A stretch of DNA of 64,000 nt from the NCBI GenBank assembly GCA_963823335.1, contig CAWGLD010000001.1:1472001-1536000 (forward strand). Direction: 5' to 3'. Position 1 is the first letter of the stretch. Each line of letters begins with the position of its first letter. Source of the stretch: an uncultured delta proteobacterium. GTDB lineage: Bacteria; Desulfobacterota; Desulfobacteria; Desulfobacterales; B30-G6. The position numbers and the translations under genes were made by a program. The notes beneath the pieces are model-generated. The model was not told where the DNA came from, did not search any database, and saw only the letters and a program-made list of their open reading frames with translations. Below, one piece after another: positions 59,544 to 64,000 of the stretch.

Positions 59544-61436
59544 ATGCTTAGATTAATGCGGGATTACGCCACGAGCTGGTTGATAAAAATCATCCTCGGG
59601 GCTATTGTGGTTGTTTTTGTTTTCTGGGGGGTTGGGAGTTTTCGAGACCGAAAAGCCACTGTTGTTGCGAGCGTCAATGGTGACGCCGTCACGCTTGACG
59701 AATACCGGTCCACATACAACAATCTGCTGGAACAGATGCGGCAAAGATTTGGCAACAACCTGAATGAAGAGGTGTTGCAGATGCTTCAGTTGGACCAGCA
59801 GGCACTGGATCAGTTGATCCAGCAACGACTCCTGATGCAGGAAGTGGCAAGACTCAATTTCAGGGTAACGGATGAAGAAGTTGTCAGGGCTATCCAAAAT
59901 ATCAGTTCATTTCAAACCAATGGCGTGTTTGACAACCGTCTCTACACAGCTGTTTTGAACTACAACCGGATGACGCCCGAAGGTTTTGAAGCGGCCCAAA
60001 AAGAAAGCCTGCTCATCGAAAAGCTGCGCACCTACCTTTTCAGCAATTTCCAGGTATCTGAAAACGAGGTGCGAGAATATTATAACTGGAAAAATGTAAC
60101 CGTGTCCATCGATTACGCGCTTTTCGATCCAGAGACATATCAGGATATCGAACTGACAGACGCAGGCTTGGAAACCTATTTCAACGACCATAAAGAAACC
60201 TACAAGACCGATCCCCTGCTCAAGGTTCAGTATCTTCATTTTGATCCGCAGGATTACATGGCCGAGGTTCAAATTTCCGCGGAAGAGATAGAATTCTATT
60301 ACCTTGACAATCAAGAACAATTCGCGACACCCAAAACGGTTGAAGCCAGACACATTCTCTTCAAAGTGGATGCCGAAGCACCCCAGGAAGTCATTGATGC
60401 AACGAAAGCCAAGGCCGAAGATGTCCTCGAACTGGTTCGAAAAGGAGAAGATTTTGCATCCATGGCCAAACAATATTCCGAAGGGCCATCCAAGGAAAAT
60501 GGTGGTCAATTAGGTGCATTCAAGAAAGAAGATATGGTGGCCCCGTTTGCAGAAAAGGCGTTTTCCATGAAACAGGGCGAGGTGAGCGAACCGGTGCGAA
60601 CCCAATTCGGGTGGCACCTGATAAAAGTGGAAAAGGTTAATGAGGCGTCGGCCCGGTCTCTGGAAGATGCTGAAAAGACCATTCGGGACATTCTTAGCAA
60701 AGACAAGACAAAAACCCTGGCCTATGACAGGGCAGAAGCGTTTTACGAAACGACCCTGGAGGGGGATCTTCTTGCCGAGGTCGGAAAAGAAATGGGCCTG
60801 GAGGTCAAAACCACGGCGCTTTTTTCCATGTCGGGACCTGAAAAATCTGTCAGGAATCCGAAGGTATTCGCCGATGCAGCCTTTACTCTTTCCTTGAATC
60901 AGATCAGTGATATACAGGATTTTGAAGATGGCTTTTACATTCTTCAGGTCATCGAATCTATCCCCGGGAAGATACCAGAATTGGGGGCTGTAAAGGATGC
61001 GGTTGCCAGGGACATGATGAAAGAAAAGCAGGTTGCCATGGCCGGGGAAAAGGCAAGGGCATTTCTGACGATGTTGAAAAGCGGCACAACCACTGACAGT
61101 GCCGGATCCGAAACTGACGTTGTCTTTAAGTCCACTGAGTATTTCAAGCGCAACGACCAGATCAAAGATATCGGTTGGGAAAACGAGATTTCCCAGATGG
61201 CATTTACGCTTTCATCGGCTCAACCGCTTCCGGAAGATGTTGTAAAAGGGGAAAAAGGGTTCTATGTCATCCGTCTCAAGGATCGAAGATTGCCAGATTT
61301 GCAAGAATTTGATAAAGAAAAGAAACAGCTTCAGGAGACTCTGAGCAGGCAAAAGGAATTCAAAGCCTTTAATTTGTGGTTGTCAGAGACGCGCAAAAAA
61401 AGTGAAATTACGGTTCAAGAGGGGTTTGGAAACTAA
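59544..61436 (+). CDS. ppiD: PpiD/SurA-family peptidyl-prolyl isomerase chaperone
   Basis: N-terminal TM helix (FVFWGVG), SurA_N, parvulin ARHILF...YSEGPS..NGG.LG...RTQFGWHLIK. Confidence 0.9.
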   Translation: MLRLMRDYATSWLIKIILGAIVVVFVFWGVGSFRDRKATVVASVNGDAVTLDEYRSTYNNLLEQMRQRFGNNLNEEVLQMLQLDQQALDQLIQQRLLMQEVARLNFRVTDEEVVRAIQNISSFQTNGVFDNRLYTAVLNYNRMTPEGFEAAQKESLLIEKLRTYLFSNFQVSENEVREYYNWKNVTVSIDYALFDPETYQDIELTDAGLETYFNDHKETYKTDPLLKVQYLHFDPQDYMAEVQISAEEIEFYYLDNQEQFATPKTVEARHILFKVDAEAPQEVIDATKAKAEDVLELVRKGEDFASMAKQYSEGPSKENGGQLGAFKKEDMVAPFAEKAFSMKQGEVSEPVRTQFGWHLIKVEKVNEASARSLEDAEKTIRDILSKDKTKTLAYDRAEAFYETTLEGDLLAEVGKEMGLEVKTTALFSMSGPEKSVRNPKVFADAAFTLSLNQISDIQDFEDGFYILQVIESIPGKIPELGAVKDAVARDMMKEKQVAMAGEKARAFLTMLKSGTTTDSAGSETDVVFKSTEYFKRNDQIKDIGWENEISQMAFTLSSAQPLPEDVVKGEKGFYVIRLKDRRLPDLQEFDKEKKQLQETLSRQKEFKAFNLWLSETRKKSEITVQEGFGN

Positions 61437-61441
61437 ATTCG

Positions 61442-61517
61442 TTGAACCGCAACAGCGAGTGCATTTTCCGTAGGTTCTGCCGTGCGGCAGTGCATCGCAT
61501 GCTGCGAGGTTCTTAAA
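61442..61517 (-). repeat. MITE-like repeat family 1, 76-bp copy (inverted)
   Basis: TTGAACCGCAACAGCGAG...GCATGCTGCGAGGTTCTT, 5 nt after the ppiD stop. Confidence 0.9.
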
Positions 61518-61635
61518 TGGTTCTATCGAACCGGGCAATGTCGCTTCGAAAAACAGCGGGAAGGAATGTTTGGATCGGCTCAGACCCGCGCCAGTTGAAA
61601 AATGATTTCAGGTTACTGCTTGTAGCGATTGAGGG

Positions 61636-61890
61636 ATGGGTGACGATATGGCGAAATCAAAACGCGACATAAGTGCAGAACAATCACATATCATCAAAAA
61701 ATGCCCCGAGTGTTTTACCTATATCCCCCTGGATGCCTTAAAATGCCCATCGTGTAAGGCAAGGGTCGGTAGGGTCGACAGGCATGGTATGGCTACCAGA
61801 AGTGTCAACTGGGGCAGCTACTTCATCTGTATTTTTGCCTGGCTGGCATTTGCGGTTTACGTGTGGTTCGCTTTTTTTCGATCTGAATGA
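61636..61890 (+). CDS. Zinc-ribbon membrane protein
   Basis: KKCPEC...KCPSC plus C-terminal TM helix; ATGA overlap with the next gene. Confidence 0.7.
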   Translation: MGDDMAKSKRDISAEQSHIIKKCPECFTYIPLDALKCPSCKARVGRVDRHGMATRSVNWGSYFICIFAWLAFAVYVWFAFFRSE

Positions 61891-62453
61891 TGGTAATTCT
61901 CACCGAAAAAGATAAAGCCTTTCTGGTGCGACTGGCCAGATCCGTCATCGAGGCGGCGCTGGACGTGGGTCAAAAAGAATGCATGCCGGATGATGTTTCG
62001 CCGGCGGTTCTGAAAAAAGGTGGCTGTTTTGTGACCTTGCACAAGAAAGGTGCCTTGAGAGGCTGTATCGGGACCATCGAACCGGTGCAATCCCTGCTAA
62101 AAGGTGTGGAAGAGAATGCCATCAATGCCGCCTTCAAGGATCCGCGGTTTTCGTCCCTGGATGTCGAAGAGCTTCCAGACATCGATCTGGAAGTCAGTGT
62201 CCTTACGGTTCCCCAAAAACTGACCTATAAAGATCCCGAAGATCTCAAGCGCCAACTGAAATCCGGTGTTTACGGGGTAATCCTGTCCAATGGATGGCGG
62301 CGATCCACATTTTTGCCCCAGGTCTGGGATCAGCTTCCCGATCCGGAACTTTTTTTAAGGCATTTGTGCGAAAAAGCCGGTTTGCACGGAGACTGCTGGC
62401 GGGATCCGGAAACGGTGGTAGAAGTATACGAAGCCACTTATTTTTCAGAATGA
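61887..62453 (+). CDS. AMMECR1-domain protein (AmmeMemoRadiSam system protein A)
   Basis: GCFVTL, LRGCIGT, AAFKDPRF, EVSVLT, TFLPQVW, LCEKAG. Confidence 0.93.
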   Translation: MMVILTEKDKAFLVRLARSVIEAALDVGQKECMPDDVSPAVLKKGGCFVTLHKKGALRGCIGTIEPVQSLLKGVEENAINAAFKDPRFSSLDVEELPDIDLEVSVLTVPQKLTYKDPEDLKRQLKSGVYGVILSNGWRRSTFLPQVWDQLPDPELFLRHLCEKAGLHGDCWRDPETVVEVYEATYFSE

Positions 62454-62484
62454 GGCATGTCTGTTCGCCATAAATCGTAAGCCA

Positions 62485-62642
62485 ATGTCGTTAACTTTAG
62501 CGCTTTTGTCATATTAAAAGAAAATAACGAATATTGAACAATAAATTTCGTACCGCAGAAGTCAAAGAAAACACTTCGAAATTCGATATTCCTTGTTCGA
62601 TATCCTGCAGTTTGTTTAAAAAAATCCTTAAGTTAATGCCAT
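62485..62642. repeat. MITE-like element with 16-bp imperfect TIRs and an internal heptamer hairpin
   Basis: ATGTCGTTAACTTTAG ... CTTAAGTTAATGCCAT; internal GAATATTGAAC / TTCGATATTC. Confidence 0.6.
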
Positions 62643-62691
62643 CCGCCACCCTCGAACGCTTGTATCCCCCTTGAACTCTCGAACCTTCCGA

Positions 62692-64000
62692 TCAGTACAC
62701 TGTCTCTCTCGCCAGAACATCCAGTGAAATTTGATCGAGAAATCTTGACGGACGATTCAGGAATGAACCTGATATCCGGTCAAAGAGCTGGCCCGGGTAG
62801 GTGATGAACAGGTTCTTTTTTGCCCGCGTTGCCGCCACGTACATCAATCTCAATTCTTCTTCCAGCTCTTCAGGTTTGTTGATGGCATGGGCGGAGGGAA
62901 ACCTGCCGTCCAGGGCCCAGATGATAAAAACCGTATGCCATTCAAGTCCTTTGGCCGAATGGATGGTGGACAGGGTGAGGCGCTGATCTTCCGGGATTGT
63001 CATGGAAAAGGTTTCGTCCACGGCGGTGGTCGGCGGTTCGATGGCCATATCTGTCAGAAACGATTCCAGGCTTTGATAGCGTTCCATGATGGCCAGCAGT
63101 TGCTCGAGATCTCTGGCCCTTTTGGGGTGGTCGTCGTATTTTTTTTTGAGGATCGGCAGATAGTAGGATAAGACAGCTTCTCCCATTGCGGATACAGACA
63201 TCTGGTCGGGATCCATTGCGGTAAGGAGTTTTGAGAGCGCTGCAACCTGCTTTGAAATCCGGTCCTTCGTTGCTGCGGTCTCAAGGCCCTTGACGCCGTT
63301 TTGTTGTTCATGGACGGCCTTAAAAATATCTTTGGCGCCTTTGGGCCCGACGCCTTCAAGAAGCAGGAGGTTCCGGTACCAGCTGATGGTGTCCTCGGCA
63401 TTGTACACCACCTTTAAATGGGCCAGGACATCCTTGATATGGGCCGAATCCATAAATTTGAAACCGCCCACCTTGATGAATGGAAAGGCTTCCCTGCTCA
63501 GTTCGATTTCAAGATCAAATGAGTGAAAGCCGGCCCTGAAAAGGATAGCGATTTCATTCAATCGAACACCCTGCAGAGACAGGTCCTTTATTTTGTCGAT
63601 GACAAATCTGGATTGGCTGTTTTCACTGCCGGTCCGGACCAGAACCGGCGGGCCGTCTCCTTCTATGGTGGAAAAGAGCGTTTTGGTGTACTTGTTGGAG
63701 GCCCTGTCGATGATGGTGTTGGTAAGGGTTAATACCGGTTGGACACTTCTGTAGTTTTCCTCCAGACGAATGATGGTTGTATCCGGGTATCTATTTGGAA
63801 ATGAAAGAATATTTTCTACAGCGGCGCCTCTGAAAGCGTAAATGCTCTGGGAATCATCACCCACGACCATGATGTTATGATGCTGCTGGGTCAACAGGTA
63901 CAGAATTTCGGCTTGAACCTGGTTGGTGTCCTGGTATTCGTCTACCATCAGGTATTGATATGTGGATGCCAGGCGATTCCGGATGTCCGCATCTTCGTTC
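62692..64000 (-). CDS. UvrD/PcrA/Rep-family ATP-dependent helicase (5' part lies outside the window)
   Basis: VDEYQDTN, VGDDSQSIYAFRGA, LEENYRS, STIHSAKGLEW, EEELRLMYVAATRA. Confidence 0.95.
   Translation of the reverse strand, partial: NEDADIRNRLASTYQYLMVDEYQDTNQVQAEILYLLTQQHHNIMVVGDDSQSIYAFRGAAVENILSFPNRYPDTTIIRLEENYRSVQPVLTLTNTIIDRASNKYTKTLFSTIEGDGPPVLVRTGSENSQSRFVIDKIKDLSLQGVRLNEIAILFRAGFHSFDLEIELSREAFPFIKVGGFKFMDSAHIKDVLAHLKVVYNAEDTISWYRNLLLLEGVGPKGAKDIFKAVHEQQNGVKGLETAATKDRISKQVAALSKLLTAMDPDQMSVSAMGEAVLSYYLPILKKKYDDHPKRARDLEQLLAIMERYQSLESFLTDMAIEPPTTAVDETFSMTIPEDQRLTLSTIHSAKGLEWHTVFIIWALDGRFPSAHAINKPEELEEELRLMYVAATRAKKNLFITYPGQLFDRISGSFLNRPSRFLDQISLDVLARETVY

Overview
Bacterial chromosome segment, most likely from a Desulfobacterales-type deltaproteobacterium (inferred from gene families and repeat types). 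Two GC-richer core regions flank a visibly AT-richer, mosaic accessory region of about 20 kb (about 24.8-44.65 kb). The left core region carries tex, typA, a MalY/PatB PLP enzyme, a Na/Pi cotransporter, lemA-htpX, proline dehydrogenase, an MMPL transporter, a penicillin acylase, EamA/MFS transporters, a PP2C phosphatase, a nitroreductase and HU. The right core region carries mltB, radA, rlmE, yebC, nadA, lolA, lgt, an ECF sigma module, an orphan DNA methyltransferase, tRNA-Ala, ppiD, an AMMECR1 protein and a UvrD helicase. The accessory region ends at the 3' end of tRNA-Glu(CTC), next to a truncated tyrosine integrase fused to a truncated IS21 element. Almost all its genes are on the minus strand, and it contains many gene fragments (YprB-like exonuclease, group II RT motif, IHF, dienelactone hydrolase, GFA). 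It is punctuated by an unrecognised, co-oriented, two-part intergenic repeat: a ~170-bp element B with an invariant 24-bp hairpin core, and a ~105-125-bp promoter-like element A. These repeats sit between unrelated short gene modules and are the best candidate for an undescribed gene-capture or portable-promoter system. At least four families of MITE-like or palindromic intergenic repeats occur across the window. All identity values are hand counts; no database searches were run.
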